A DNA stretch of 63,947 nt, filler included, from Octopus bimaculoides (GCF_001194135.2; 7 parts of 7 records of this genome joined end to end with filler, not necessarily neighbours in it), one strand, 5' to 3'; numbered from the whole stretch's first letter, positions 9,961 to 22,324 are shown. The notes: generated from the sequence alone by a model not told the origin. Made by a program: numbers and translations.

Positions 9961-12378
9961 TAGAGCTAACATGGAGGCTAACTGCACGACACTACACTAC
10001 ACTACACGAGCGAATAAAAGAAACTCTAAGTTGTCGTTCGACCCGCTAGAAATAACAACTAAGTTTCTCTCAAATCTCACTTAGCTGTAACAGAAAACAC
10101 TTTCTTAAGGTGCCGCGCAGTGACACTGAACCCGGGACCACGTGGATGCAAAACGAATTTCTTAACCTCACATCTATGCCTGTGCCTACGGTTTCTTACC
10201 CACACAGTTCTTTATTTTGTTTTGTTTTTGCTTGCTTTTTCTTCTTTTTTTCTTTTCTTTTTTATTTGTATTTTTCTTTTCGTTTTTATATTTTTTTATG
10301 TTGTACGTAGTCTTGCCCGTTTGGTTATTAAGGTTAAATATACAGAGGTCGCCCAAAGCCTGACTCTACGCTTCTTGTTATCGCCCCTCCGTCAGCCACA
10401 TTCACAATAAACAAAATATAGCTGCTTTTTTAAGCTGAATTAAACTTAAGCGTTTTTGAGACGGTGAAAAAAAGCATTCGCTCATTGTAAAAATAATATT
10501 TGTTTATTTAACAATGTAATGTGATAATAATGCTTGTTTATTTTTAGTGGTGATATAGCGCTGCTTCTTAATGTGTCAGGCTACTGTGTGAGCAGACCTT
10601 TTTGTCATTTTTAAACAAAGACATTTATTTATAAACAACCTGTTAATTCCGTTTTTTGCAGATTTAATGGATATAGTAGATATAATACCGTTTATTAGAG
10701 ACATGTTGCAGCAACAGACGCTGTTGAATGTTCTTCGAATTCAAAATTCCTTAGAGTGTAAGCTTCTACAAAGGCTTTGATGAGGGCCATTTATTTATAA
10801 ACGATTCGTTAATTCCGGTTTTTGCAGATTAAAGACTTTGATGAGGTTTTAGATTCAACGTGTTCTAATTCAACACGTTCTGAAGACGTTAACAGCGACA
10901 GAGGAAAATCGTGCAGTGAGAGACACCAAAGGACAAGTAGCCAAACATTACTGTCGTTAAATATTGGTAAACAGTTCATTGCTGAAGCTGAAGTTACTAA
11001 GGCAATTTCAGTCCAACAGATTCAGAGCCCTCATTCTGCAATCGTAAGTCATAACCAAATCTATGAACCCTCACGATCACAGCTGAGAGAATTTCGTCAA
11101 ACATTGTTTGGCGCATGCAATCGGAATTTCAGTTTAGATTTTTATAAATCAAAACCATGACTAAAGCATAGCTTATCAGAAAATGGAATAAAATAGAATA
11201 TAAANNNNNNNNNNNNNNNNNNNNNNNNNNNNNNNNNNNNNNNNNNNNNNNNNNNNNNNNNNNNNNNNNNNNNNNNNNNNNNNNNNNNNNNNNNNNNNNN
11301 NNNNNNNNNNNNNNNNNNNNNNNNNNNNNNNNNNNNNNNNNNNNNNNNNNNNNNNNNNNNNNNNNNNNNNNNNNNNNNNNNNNNNNNNNNNNNNNNNNNN
11401 NNNNNNNNNNNNNNNNNNNNNNNNNNNNNNNNNNNNNNNNNNNNNNNNNNNNNNNNNNNNNNNNNNNNNNNNNNNNNNNNNNNNNNNNNNNNNNNNNNNN
11501 NNNNNNNNNNNNNNNNNNNNNNNNNNNNNNNNNNNNNNNNNNNNNNNNNNNNNNNNNNNNNNNNNNNNNNNNNNNNNNNNNNNNNNNNNNNNNNNNNNNN
11601 NNNNNNNNNNNNNNNNNNNNNNNNNNNNNNNNNNNNNNNNNNNNNNNNNNNNNNNNNNNNNNNNNNNNNNNNNNNNNNNNNNNNNNNNNNNNNNNNNNNN
11701 NNNNNNNNNNNNNNNNNNNNNNNNNNNNNNNNNNNNNNNNNNNNNNNNNNNNNNNNNNNNNNNNNNNNNNNNNNNNNNNNNNNNNNNNNNNNNNNNNNNN
11801 NNNNNNNNNNNNNNNNNNNNNNNNNNNNNNNNNNNNNNNNNNNNNNNNNNNNNNNNNNNNNNNNNNNNNNNNNNNNNNNNNNNNNNNNNNNNNNNNNNNN
11901 NNNNNNNNNNNNNNNNNNNNNNNNNNNNNNNNNNNNNNNNNNNNNNNNNNNNNNNNNNNNNNNNNNNNNNNNNNNNNNNNNNNNNNNNNNNNNNNNNNNN
12001 NNNNNNNNNNNNNNNNNNNNNNNNNNNNNNNNNNNNNNNNNNNNNNNNNNNNNNNNNNNNNNNNNNNNNNNNNNNNNNNNNNNNNNNNNNNNNNNNNNNN
12101 NNNNNNNNNNNNNNNNNNNNNNNNNNNNNNNNNNNNNNNNNNNNNNNNNNNNNNNNNNNNNNNNNNNNNNNNNNAAGAATATCTTGGTTCCCCACAAGAG
12201 ATCATTATTTTGAAGTGCAAGCGTTTCTGTATGTGAGGACTACATAAGAAAAGAAAGAAGTACGACTTGGAGGAAGGAATATCTCTGTATTATTTATGAC
12301 TAACGAAGCTCATGAAAAACAAATTCGTGAAAATATGTGCTGCCTATTCGGTTTTGCCTTTGTTTTATTGATATAAGG

Positions 12379-12651
12379 CAGTGGTTCCCAAAATGGGCAG
12401 TATTGCACCCCTGGGGCGGTGGAAAGTTCCAAGGCGGCGTTGAAGAAAAGTGGGGCGATATTGGGGTAGCGATTCATGTAAAAGCAACAAAATAATGGGT
12501 TCATTAGGTTAAGTTTTATTTGTTAAATACGGTTGCTTTGAATTTGCTTCAGAAAGTGATCTATGTTCTTGATGGTTAGTTGGGGTGGGAGCGCTATGAA
12601 TGTGGCCTGGTGTCAAGGGGGCAGCAGCCTGAAAAAGTTTGGGAACCTCTG
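12379..12651. mobile_element. hAT (Charlie-like) MITE, 273 bp
   Basis: TIRs CAGTGGTTCCCAAA / TTTGGGAACCTCTG (13/14 match); 8-bp TSD ATATAAGG(12371-12378)/ATTTAAGG(12652-12659). Confidence 0.9.
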
Positions 12652-13061
12652 ATTTAAGGCCTTACAATAAATGCCGACATAAACATGGCGGACAAGGACA
12701 AGACGATGTGCCAGAACTAACAAATCTGATATCAACCCACGGCTCTATGGAAGAGGATAATGGGTGGGCATTATTGCATCATGTTACTCAGGGCGAGTTG
12801 ATTTCTTTCTTGGCATCCAGTAATGAAAGACAAAATTGATCAAAAAATGTCGAAGTAATGATTCCTTGTTCTCGTTTGTTCTGTGCTACTTTACTGATAA
12901 TGTCGGCAACGGAGAATTTATTGAACATCGAACAGCTTCTAAATTTGATGCTGAATTACTTCTACACCAGTACACATTGTACATATTATCGATGCGAAAC
13001 TCTGTCGGTGTTCATGTCCAGTTACGTGTCACCCAATGCTATCTGCGGTGGTCTCTTGATC

Positions 13062-13914
13062 CAGTGACGTCATTAGCATTTTTATCGCTTAATGCCTTAA
13101 CTCATTGTGTTACCCACCTAAGCCATCGGCCTCTTCCCACACCAGGATGTAATGAATCCTCAATAAAGTTTGTTTTTTCTATACTAACCTTACATATAAA
13201 TCGTAATTCTCGAATAAAACTGGGTGTAATCACAATAATAGTAACAATACTTGTTGTTGTTGGCACTCCGTCGCTTACGACGATGAGGGTTCCAGTTGAT
13301 ACGATCAACGGAACAGCCTGCTCGTGAAATTAACGTGCAAGTGGCTGAGCACTCCACAGACACGTGTACTCTTAACGTAGTTCTCGGGGAAATTCAGCGT
13401 GACATAGTGTGACAAGGCTGACCCTTTGAATTTACAGGCACAACAGAAACAGGAAGTAAGAGTGAGAGAAAGTTGTGGTGAAAGAGTACAGCAGGGTTCG
13501 CCACCATCCCCTGCCGGAGCCTTGTGGCGCTTTAGGTGGTTTCGCTCAATAAACACTCACTACGCTCGGTCTGGGAATCGAAACTGCGATCCTATGTCCG
13601 CGAGTCCGCTGCCCTAACCACTGGGCCATTGCGCCTCCACTAATAGTAACAATAACAACTGGTAAAATTACACTTTTAAATTACAATATCATACAGACAG
13701 TCTGAATATACTTATATTTAAAAATAAGAGAATTTGAAATAAAAACGTTTTAAAATTATATCAAAATTATGTCGATCAAAATGTTAAACTTCGTTACATA
13801 AGATGCACAAATTAGGTCCTAAAATTGTTTAGAGATATTATTTTGACCTCACTTCCTTTGATAGTGTCATCCGGTGCGGTCCACACCCTTCTCACCCCTC
13901 TAATGATACCAATA
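13062..13914. mobile_element. hAT non-autonomous element carrying a SINE
   Basis: TIRs CAGTGACGTCATTAG / CTAATGATACCAATA (10/15 match); 8-bp TSD TCTTGATC(13054-13061)/TCTTGGTC(13915-13922); subterminal GTGTCATCCGGTGCGGTCC. Confidence 0.75.
13250..13640 (-). mobile_element. SINE family C, full length
   Basis: tRNA-like head GTGGAGGCGCAATGGCCCAGTGG...GTTTCGATTCC; perfect 14-bp TSD TAATAGTAACAATA at 13236-13249 and 13641-13654. Confidence 0.95.
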
Positions 13915-15203
13915 TCTTGGTCATGAACGGGAAAACTTGCTGTTGTTCAAGCGAAATTGCGTGTCAATACTCAATTTGCAGTTTATATCTACAACCACGC
14001 CTATCAGCTCAATCTTGTAGTGGTTGATTGCATAAAAAAATGTAAAAGCCGCTGGAGTATTTTCTGCCAATGCTGCTGTAACTCTGCTTGTTCGTGGCTC
14101 GGTCCATTATGCATTAACACTTCCAATCGGTTACAGGAAGAAGACAAATGAACAGTCATTGAAGCTCAAAAATTTGTCCAATATACGTTGTATCTGGCAG
14201 CATGCAGCATGATATGCTGTACATCATTAATTTCTATTTATTTTGGACATTCTATCGTCTTTCTGTAGGAGATATCAACTCACCGTAACGACAAAGCGTG
14301 GGAGAGTCGCCTTTGTTACTTTCGTCTGCAGACGTACACGTTTCTCCTTGTTGTTTTAGAACAAATACTACAACGGATAAATGCTACAAACTTCTTCATT
14401 GAGAAAGAATGCAGCAAATGAATTGATAATGATTTGCATTGAGGAGATTGCTGTCAGCTGAAACCACCTGGAGGACGAAGGCGGCACATGACGTACGATC
14501 AAATAACATCTCACTGAACTTTATTGAGGACAAACAGCGGATTTTGGGAGAAACTAAAACGACAAGGCAAGTTGCTACATCAAGCGGAGGACTTGGTGGT
14601 CAATGAGATTCGAAGAAACCGGCTGATAAATAATGGAGACCTTTTCACTAATTTTTTGCCGTTAGACCTTCATGCATGTTTAGAGTCGAACATGTTCAGA
14701 GCGCCAACGATACCGCTTTCAGCAGTAAACTATAATACCATGAAGAGCCTTTCTCATCCTGATATCTAAAGCGACCAGTTTTTCAACCTGAAGATTATAG
14801 CAGAGATGTATCGACTGCACGTGACCGCCCTGAAGGTATCGTTCCATCGAGAAAAAGTCATGCATTTCGAAAGCACTTATAAAGTTACTTCAGCTTTTGA
14901 ATTTCAACATGGACACCTTTTTTTTGAGCTGTTCAAACTCCTAATCTCAGTCGAACTGCCTCTAAAACAAAAATGCTGGCTGTGAAGGCAGATTTTTTTT
15001 CTTTTTTCAAGCTCCTCATTGTTTGCCAATCAGTGTTAGCTTGTTTAGTTGGCGGTGTGGAACTTAACAGTACGGCCAAAAAAAAAAGTCCGATAAGAAA
15101 AGTGCCAGACTTTAAAAATACGTATTAGAGTCGATTAAATCCGACTAAATCCGACAAGATGATGCCCTAGCATGGCCGCATGCCAATGACTAAATCAAGT
15201 AAA

Positions 15204-15242
<39 letters not shown>

Positions 15243-16116
15243 CTTCGGTGGCCCAGTAGGCATGGGTGTTGAGAAGTAATAACAACACATACGTGGTGGT
15301 TTCAAATCTCTTCGAGAAATTACAAGAGATCTAGTTTTAAAAAGAATGTTTAAGGTGGTGCTCCAGCATGGCCACAGTCAAATGACTGAAACAAGCAAAA
15401 CAATAAAGCAATATATAAATAATACCACCCTCTATGTATCTACCTTTCTCCTCTATCCTGCTCTCTATATCTGTTCTTTCCCCGTATATTTTCCTCTCTC
15501 TCTCTCTCTCTCTCTCTCATTCGACCACACACATACACACATACACACACACATGCACACTCATATTTTTCACTTCTATTCTTCTCTCATTCCCACTTTC
15601 TCTGTGACTCCCATTCTATCTAGCTGCCCCCCCCCGTCTTTCCCTCCCTTTTTTCTCTTTCCCCTCTCTCCTCTCTTTGTATTACCTGGTTTCTACTTTA
15701 TTCTCTATCAACAGCAATCATTTCCCTCCCCCCTCTCTCTCTACCTTCCACTCCCGACAGAAGAATCCGGAGAACAAAATTACCGAATGACCCCTTTTTT
15801 TTTCTCTCTCTCACTTCATTCCACGGATGAAAAACAAGTGAGGAAGGGGTCCCACATATTAAACGCTTAGAAACACATACACATTGCATAGACACCCATC
15901 CACACTCGCATATAAACACTCATACACACATACACAAATACATTTATATACTTACATTCATGGACATATTCACTGATACCCAGAGATATTCATATTTGCA
16001 AAGCACACACACACATGTACACGCACTTCACGCAATCATATAGACACTTGCACGTACAAACATATACACAAAGATGCACGTTCATATTTTAATGCTTGTC
16101 GAAAGCTTTGTAACGC

Positions 16117-16161
<45 letters not shown>

Positions 16162-16335
16162 TGTGTGCGCGCGCGAGTGTGTGTGTATTAGTGCGTCAAT
16201 GCATAAATGTATACGGCTCTGCATGTGTGCATTAGTGTGTGTGCGAATGTCTATGTGTGTGTGTGTGTGTATATGTATGTGTGTGTGAATGTGCATTCAT
16301 GTGTTAGTATGTGCGCATGCAGCAGCAGCAACAGT

Positions 16336-16387
<52 letters not shown>

Positions 16388-16499
16388 AGGTAAATGTGTT
16401 ATCATTCTTTCCGTGGGACTCTTGTTTCTCCATTCAAGAAATAGCAGACGACAACCATACATAGAATCAGCATTCATACGAATATAGTGAAGGCGAGTC

Positions 16500-16915
16500 A
16501 TAGAGTAATACGGGACAAATAACAGACGACAGTCTTAAGACAAATAATAGACATGTCATAGAGACAAATAATAGACATGTCATCAGACGACACTCATGGA
16601 GAATATGAGACAACAATCTTAGTATCAGACGACAGTCATAAAAGAAATATCAGACACCAGTCAAAGAGAAATATCGGACGACAGTCATAGAGAAATAGCA
16701 GGCGACTGGTCATAGAGAAATATTAGACGACGGTCATAGAGAAATATTAAATGACAGTCATTAAGAAATATCAGACAGCCATAGAAGAATATCAGATGAA
16801 AGTCAGAAAAATATCAGACGACATTCATAGAGAAAATATCAAACGACTCTCAGAGAGAAATATTAGACGACCATTATAGAGAAATGTCATAGACTTACAA
16901 CGAACGACAGTCATA
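16500..16915. repeat. Degenerate ~23-24 bp minisatellite (AGACGACAGTCATAGAGAAATATC-like)
   Basis: Roughly 17 recognisable units. Confidence 0.85.
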
Positions 16916-17319
16916 GAAACCGATAGAAAACAGAAAGGTTGGAGAAATGAAAAAATATGTAGTAAGAAGAAAGAAGGAAAATATGAAATAGAGGAAAGAA
17001 AAACAAAACGAGATTAAGAAAAAAAAAATGGTGGGTGGGGACAGAATTAGAAAGAAGACAGAAAAAGGCGACAAAGAAAAGAAAAAAGAAGAGCTTCAAT
17101 GATAGGAACGACTAAATGACGACGAGGACAAAAGACGAGAGAAGACGAAAGAAGACGGAAACGTGGAAGACAGAAGATAAAAAAAAAATGAAAGAAAAGA
17201 TTGAGAGAAGAGAAGAAAAAAGACGAGAGAATAGGATAGAAAGAGGAGAGGACTAGAACAAAAAGAAGACTCAACAGCTAAACAAACCCGACCTGTCCCT
17301 CCCTCTTCGTTCTGTAACA

Positions 17320-17520
17320 ATAGCATCGCCCGTGTGACCTGATACGCAACAGTACTCGGACTCTGATTGGTTGAGGCGGCCGGGTCACGTGCTAGTCTAG
17401 ACACTTTGGCGCGGCTCACTCTGTCTTTCAGTGATTGTTGCACAAATATCGGGATCAAATTTCATACTGGCTCCACTGAAAAACTCGTTCCGAACGAGGC
17501 CGCAAAACGAAAAACAAGTG
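17320..17520 (+). promoter_or_regulatory. Promoter-like CpG-rich island
   Basis: Inverted CCAAT box (CTGATTGGTT; ATTGG at 17366-17370), GC-rich GGCGGCCGG, E-box GGTCACGTG (17383-17391) and Inr-like TCAGT (17428-17432), in an otherwise CpG-poor background. Confidence 0.5.
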
Positions 17521-18390
17521 ACATATAGCTATTTCACACACATGCACATACTTACAATATCATTTGAACATACACACATACATCTATTTACAAGCTCGTT
17601 TGAACACACAACTATTTACAAGCGCCTTTGAACACTCACACACACTTTAACAGATACGCATACGTGCTCCCGTGAACACACACACGCATCTATTTAGAAG
17701 CTCGTTTGAATACACACATTCACACATACTTCAACACAGATACGCATACATGCTTTTTGCGGGCACTGGCACGCACACACACATTTACAAGCTCTTTTGA
17801 ATACAGGCACACGCATTTACAAGCCTGTTTGAACACATACGTTTAGTGTCAAGCTTGTTTAAATGTACACGCACTTAGGATATACTTTAGCATAGATACG
17901 TATACCTGCTCGCGTGAACACTTCCACACTTAAACATAGATATGCATCCGTACTCTCGTGAGCATACACGCACGCATATTTTCAAGCTCATTTAGACAAA
18001 CACACATACAAAATAGCATAGATACTCTCGTGAACATGCGCACATATTTACAGGCACGTTTGGACAGGGACACACGCACAGTTTAACATAAATACGCGTA
18101 CGTCCTTGTGTGAACATACATACACACGCACACACACGAGCTCGTTTGCACGCACACACAGACACACGTACGCACGCACACGCATGCACGGCTATCTACA
18201 TTCTCATTTAGAAGCAAACATTTCACAAGCTCGTTTGGATACACGCTCGCTTTAACATACATATAGTTGTGCACACGTATATTTACAAGCTCGTTTGCAC
18301 ATTCCGTACGTTATTTATATACATACGCATTTATGCTCGTGTATATACAACAGATATTTGCGAATGTACTTAAATAAACGCATGCTTTAA
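17520..18390. repeat. Degenerate tandem repeat (ACACGCATATTTACAAGCTCGTTTGAAC-like)
   Basis: TTTACAAGCTCGTTTG recurs many times with variable CA-rich spacers. Confidence 0.8.
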
Positions 18391-18479
18391 TGCATATATA
18401 TTCCGTTTCTGTATTTAGTTTGCAAGATTCTTTAAGTGAATTCGTGTGTTCAAGCACGGGGAGGGTCATTCTGTTTTAA

Positions 18480-18617
18480 GCCTTATTAATTAACACTCTC
18501 ACCGGTTCGATTTCCACTCATTTATTTACTTTCTGCAAGAAGCAACGAACATTTTAGAAAAAATAAATAAGTAAATAGAGTGGAAATCGAACTGTTGAGT
18601 GTGTTAATTAATAAGGC
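18480..18617. mobile_element. Short foldback/MITE-like inverted repeat
   Basis: Arms GCCTTATTAATTAACACTCTCACCGGTTCGATTTCCACTC... and ...GAGTGGAAATCGAACTGTTGAGTGTGTTAATTAATAAGGC, about 50 bp each, around a ~30-bp spacer. Confidence 0.8.
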
Positions 18618-18941
18618 ATGAAAACAGAATGACTCGCCCCAAATACAGTAATATATAGATGTATATACACGGAATTTTGTTAGTGAACAGGTAGCGGTCT
18701 CAAAGCGACGAAAATATTTTGGCAAATCAAATCTAAATGTTGAAGTGAATCTAACGGTTTTTGTGTGTTTTTAAATGGCTTATAAACACTTTCCACGCTG
18801 CAACTGTTATGCAAGCACATCTCCGTAACATATATATTCTTTTACTTGTTTTAGTAATCTGACTGCGGCTGTGCTGGAGTAAAAAGTATGTGTGCGTACC
18901 TGTATTTTCAAATGGATATGTACTTATCATTGTGGCTGTAT

Positions 18942-19110
18942 AAGGCTGTGAGCTGGCAGAATCGTTAGCATGTGGGACAAAATGGTTAGCGGCATTTCGT
19001 CCGTCTCTACGTTCTGAGTTCGAATTCTGCTGAGGTGTCGACTTTGACCTTTCATCCATTTCGGGGTTGATGAAATAAGTACCATTTAAGTACTGGTGTC
19101 GATGTAATTG
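18942..19110 (+). mobile_element. SINE family A, diverged
   Basis: GAGCTGGCAGAATCGTTAGC head and central domain. Confidence 0.8.
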
Positions 19111-19254
19111 TTGTGGTTGGTATCGTTAAGAAGCCCGCATTGTAGCCGCGAGGTTTCGGGTTCAGTTTTCTACTACAACATGGATTTCACCAATGAGCTG
19201 TGATTGAATCTAGTAGACGGAAACTGCGTTGAAACCCGACATGCATACATGCGT

Positions 19255-19580
19255 GAAGACCTCGTTGTATTTATTAAGTAATTGTGATGAGTTGTGGGTT
19301 AAAATTTTGAGGGTTTCTTTTAAACAGAATCCACAACTGAAGTGTTGACCCTGATATGGGATACCCAAATCTAGTATAGCCCAGGAAAGTCTATACGGTA
19401 TTTTTCTATTAATTAGATGGTGTGGAATTGCTATTCTCTTTATATTTAAACGAGTTTAAATGTGCATAATATCTTTGTTTAAATTTGATGCTCGAACCAG
19501 TGTAGTAGCTACAGGAGTAACCTACTATGCTGTGAAAGGTACATTAGTATACGACATTGAATCTTCTGCATTGGGCTAAC
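19255..19580 (-). pseudogene. PLE GIY-YIG endonuclease remnant
   Basis: NVVY*CTF...SYYTGSSIKFKQRYYAHLNSFKYKENSNST, then frameshifted KIPYRLSWAIL...CGFCLKETLKIL....LLNKYNE. Matches the GIY-YIG and C-terminal C..C/LN pattern of PLEs. Confidence 0.75.
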
Positions 19581-20449
19581 AGCGGCCAGTCTGTCCCGGA
19601 TGTGAAGTTGCAGTGATCAGTTCTACGATGGTTAATTCGAGAGAGTGAGAGAGAGATGAGGGTGTGCTGGTAGTGGCCAGGGTGATATTAGGTGAATTGA
19701 TCGTGATACTGCTGTTATTATTGCTGTTGTTTCTAGTATCGATACGTGTAAGCACAAATTCTTCCGCACTGTTAAGTTCTTTCATAAATCTAAATGTAAG
19801 TTCACCCCCTCCACGAATAACACCCCCACACAAACCCCTATGATCATTAACACATACCCCTATGATCATTAACACATACCCCTCTATACCTCTTCTATCT
19901 TTCCTATATCTCTATATCTCTTATTTCTACCTTATATCTTACATTTCTTCTATCTACCTTACCTCAGCACTTTATAAGATAAATATTAATTTTTTAGTTT
20001 ATTCTTAATTCATTTTTAAGCTTTAACCCAATAAACCCCCTAATATAAATCCCCTATTTTCTTACTCTAACTCCCACTCACAAATAATTTAACATTCAGC
20101 TAGCTGCTCCATTCTCGGATACCTGTATACCCATAACCCCACTGCTAAAAATAACTCTACAGCCACTGACCTTAGCCAGAACGGACAAAAGTATTTACTA
20201 CTAGATCTCCTCCCCTACACCTATAAACATTAAGACTACCACAGCCACCTACTACTCTCTTTAAATTCCTTTCATTTTGCTCTCTTTTTTTACCCTATCT
20301 TCCTCTACCTCCTCATCCTCTCTCTTATCTTCTCGGCGACCCCGTAAAGAAGTTACAAGGCTTTAAGGCTATGTGATTTTAATCAATAGGAAGCCTCCAC
20401 GGCCGACATACCGAAGAGCATCTATTTCTATGATTTTATAGTTCCATCA

Positions 20450-20605
20450 ATCCTTCGTCTTGAACTGATACACTTTTTTTTTATCGACCCCGAAACGATG
20501 AAAGATAAAGACGACCTCGACGTGATTAGAACTCAGAACGCAGAGAATCGGAACAAATGTTGCAAAGTATTTTGTCCGAAGCTCGAACAACTCCGTCTGT
20601 TCACC
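20450..20605 (-). mobile_element. SINE family A, diverged
   Basis: TTTATCGACCCCGAAACGATGAAAG...GAACTCAGAACG. Confidence 0.7.
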
Positions 20606-20677
20606 AATTACAGTTATGAGTAGATCTTGCATTTGAAATCATCTGATTAAGCAAGGGTCATGTTTCGATTTTGTTAG

Positions 20678-20801
20678 GTTCATCAGCCGAGCATATTCAT
20701 GTTAACGGGATAGGCACAGAAGTAAATCAAGAATCTATTGAAACAGAGGTTACAGTGAAAGTCAAGTTACAGCGCAGTGGGATTTTTAGCCTAGAATCCC
20801 A
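20678..20801 (+). CDS. Candidate coding exon, unidentified (SSAEHIHVNGIGTEVNQESIETEVTVKVKLQRSGIFSLES)
   Basis: Acceptor ttcgattttgttag|GT, open frame, possible donor CCA|GTTTGT; beta-strand-like composition. No homology confirmed. Confidence 0.25.
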
Positions 20802-21829
20802 GTTTGTTTCTAAGCCTATATTTCTAAAATTAATTGCGATTAAAATTTTTTTAAAGTATTAACTATTTCTGTTTCCTTTAGGCTGTTTTTAGATTCTAAA
20901 ACATTCCTAGTGGGGGGGGGGGCTTTCTTTTCTAATCTAATTTAAGTTTTCTTTTCAAACTAACTTTATTACATATGTGAGAATATATAGTNNNNNNNNN
21001 NNNNNNNNNNNNNNNNNNNNNNNNNNNNNNNNNNNNNNNNNNNNNNNNNNNNNNNNNNNNNNNNNNNNNNNNNNNNNNNNNNNNNNNNNNNNNNNNNNNN
21101 NNNNNNNNNNNNNNNNNNNNNNNNNNNNNNNNNNNNNNNNNNNNNNNNNNNNNNNNNNNNNNNNNNNNNNNNNNNNNNNNNNNNNNNNNNNNNNNNNNNN
21201 NNNNNNNNNNNNNNNNNNNNNNNNNNNNNNNNNNNNNNNNNNNNNNNNNNNNNNNNNNNNNNNNNNNNNNNNNNNNNNNNNNNNNNNNNNNNNNNNNNNN
21301 NNNNNNNNNNNNNNNNNNNNNNNNNNNNNNNNNNNNNNNNNNNNNNNNNNNNNNNNNNNNNNNNNNNNNNNNNNNNNNNNNNNNNNNNNNNNNNNNNNNN
21401 NNNNNNNNNNNNNNNNNNNNNNNNNNNNNNNNNNNNNNNNNNNNNNNNNNNNNNNNNNNNNNNNNNNNNNNNNNNNNNNNNNNNNNNNNNNNNNNNNNNN
21501 NNNNNNNNNNNNNNNNNNNNNNNNNNNNNNNNNNNNNNNNNNNNNNNNNNNNNNNNNNNNNNNNNNNNNNNNNNNNNNNNNNNNNNNNNNNNNNNNNNNN
21601 NNNNNNNNNNNNNNNNNNNNNNNNNNNNNNNNNNNNNNNNNNNNNNNNNNNNNNNNNNNNNNNNNNNNNNNNNNNNNNNNNNNNNNNNNNNNNNNNNNNN
21701 NCAGTGCCCAATAATTACAGGTATAAAGCTGAACTTGTAATCTGTATAGAGTAACTATAGATTTCTCAATAGTTCTGCGTAGATATTCCCTTTTTCACTG
21801 TAAAGTATGTATGTATGTATGTATGTATA

Positions 21830-22051
21830 CAGGGTGACTGCAAAGTAACTCTCTATTTCAAAATGCTAATAAATTATTTATTGATTGTTATTTTTTCTCA
21901 ATATTTTTTTTTTTATGTGTTTAATTTTTGAATTTTAAATAAGACCACATACCAAAAGCTTTCCTCTCGTAGTTATTTGTTTTGTACAAATTACAATTAA
22001 TAAATAATTTATAAGTATTTTAAAATAGGGAGTTACTTTTCAACCACCCTG
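21830..22051. mobile_element. Tc1/mariner-type MITE, 222 bp
   Basis: ~43-bp imperfect TIRs (CAGGGTGACTGCAAAGTAACTC... / ...GAGTTACTTTTCAACCACCCTG) flanked by TA on both sides. Confidence 0.9.
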
Positions 22052-22324
22052 TATAATTATGCATATATTTTCTGTGTGTGTGTGTCCTTTTCTTGTTGAT
22101 ATCAGATCTAAAGAAAGTCCTCCAGTATATACGAAATCTGATTTTCACAACTGTCTGGCATAGGTTATCCCATTTGCTACGATTTAATTTCCCTAAATAC
22201 TAATTTCAGCATCACTCTAATTCAAATTATGCAACGCTGTTTTTTTTAAAGTTTTAAATATATAAAACTAATGATAAAAGCCAGGATATATCTGTTGTTG
22301 TTGTTGTTGTTGTTGTTATTAATA

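Larger units (their letters stand above)
10540..15005 (+). pseudogene. ZMYM1-like hAT transposase fossil, interrupted by a gap, two MITEs and a SINE
   Basis: Motifs in the expected order: TTF-finger-like EFRQTLFGACNRNFSLDFYKSKP*LKHS (~11090-11175); HVTQGELISFLAS and FSFVLCYF...EFIE (DUF4371-like, 12780-13050); QCY; AVVQAKLRVNTQFAVYIYNHAYQLNLVV (decayed CxxH region, ~13940-14020); LKNLSNIRC (~14165); ELFKLL..ELP..NAGCEGRFF (dimerisation domain, ~14925-15000). Many stops and frameshifts. Confidence 0.8.

Noticed and set aside
13560-13640. tRNA-like sequence with A and B boxes (also 28080-28158)
   Set aside because: It is the head of a SINE with TSDs, lacks a paired acceptor stem and continues into the SINE body.
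20655-20690. Minus-strand CTGATGA...GAAACATG
   Set aside because: No stem II and no UH.
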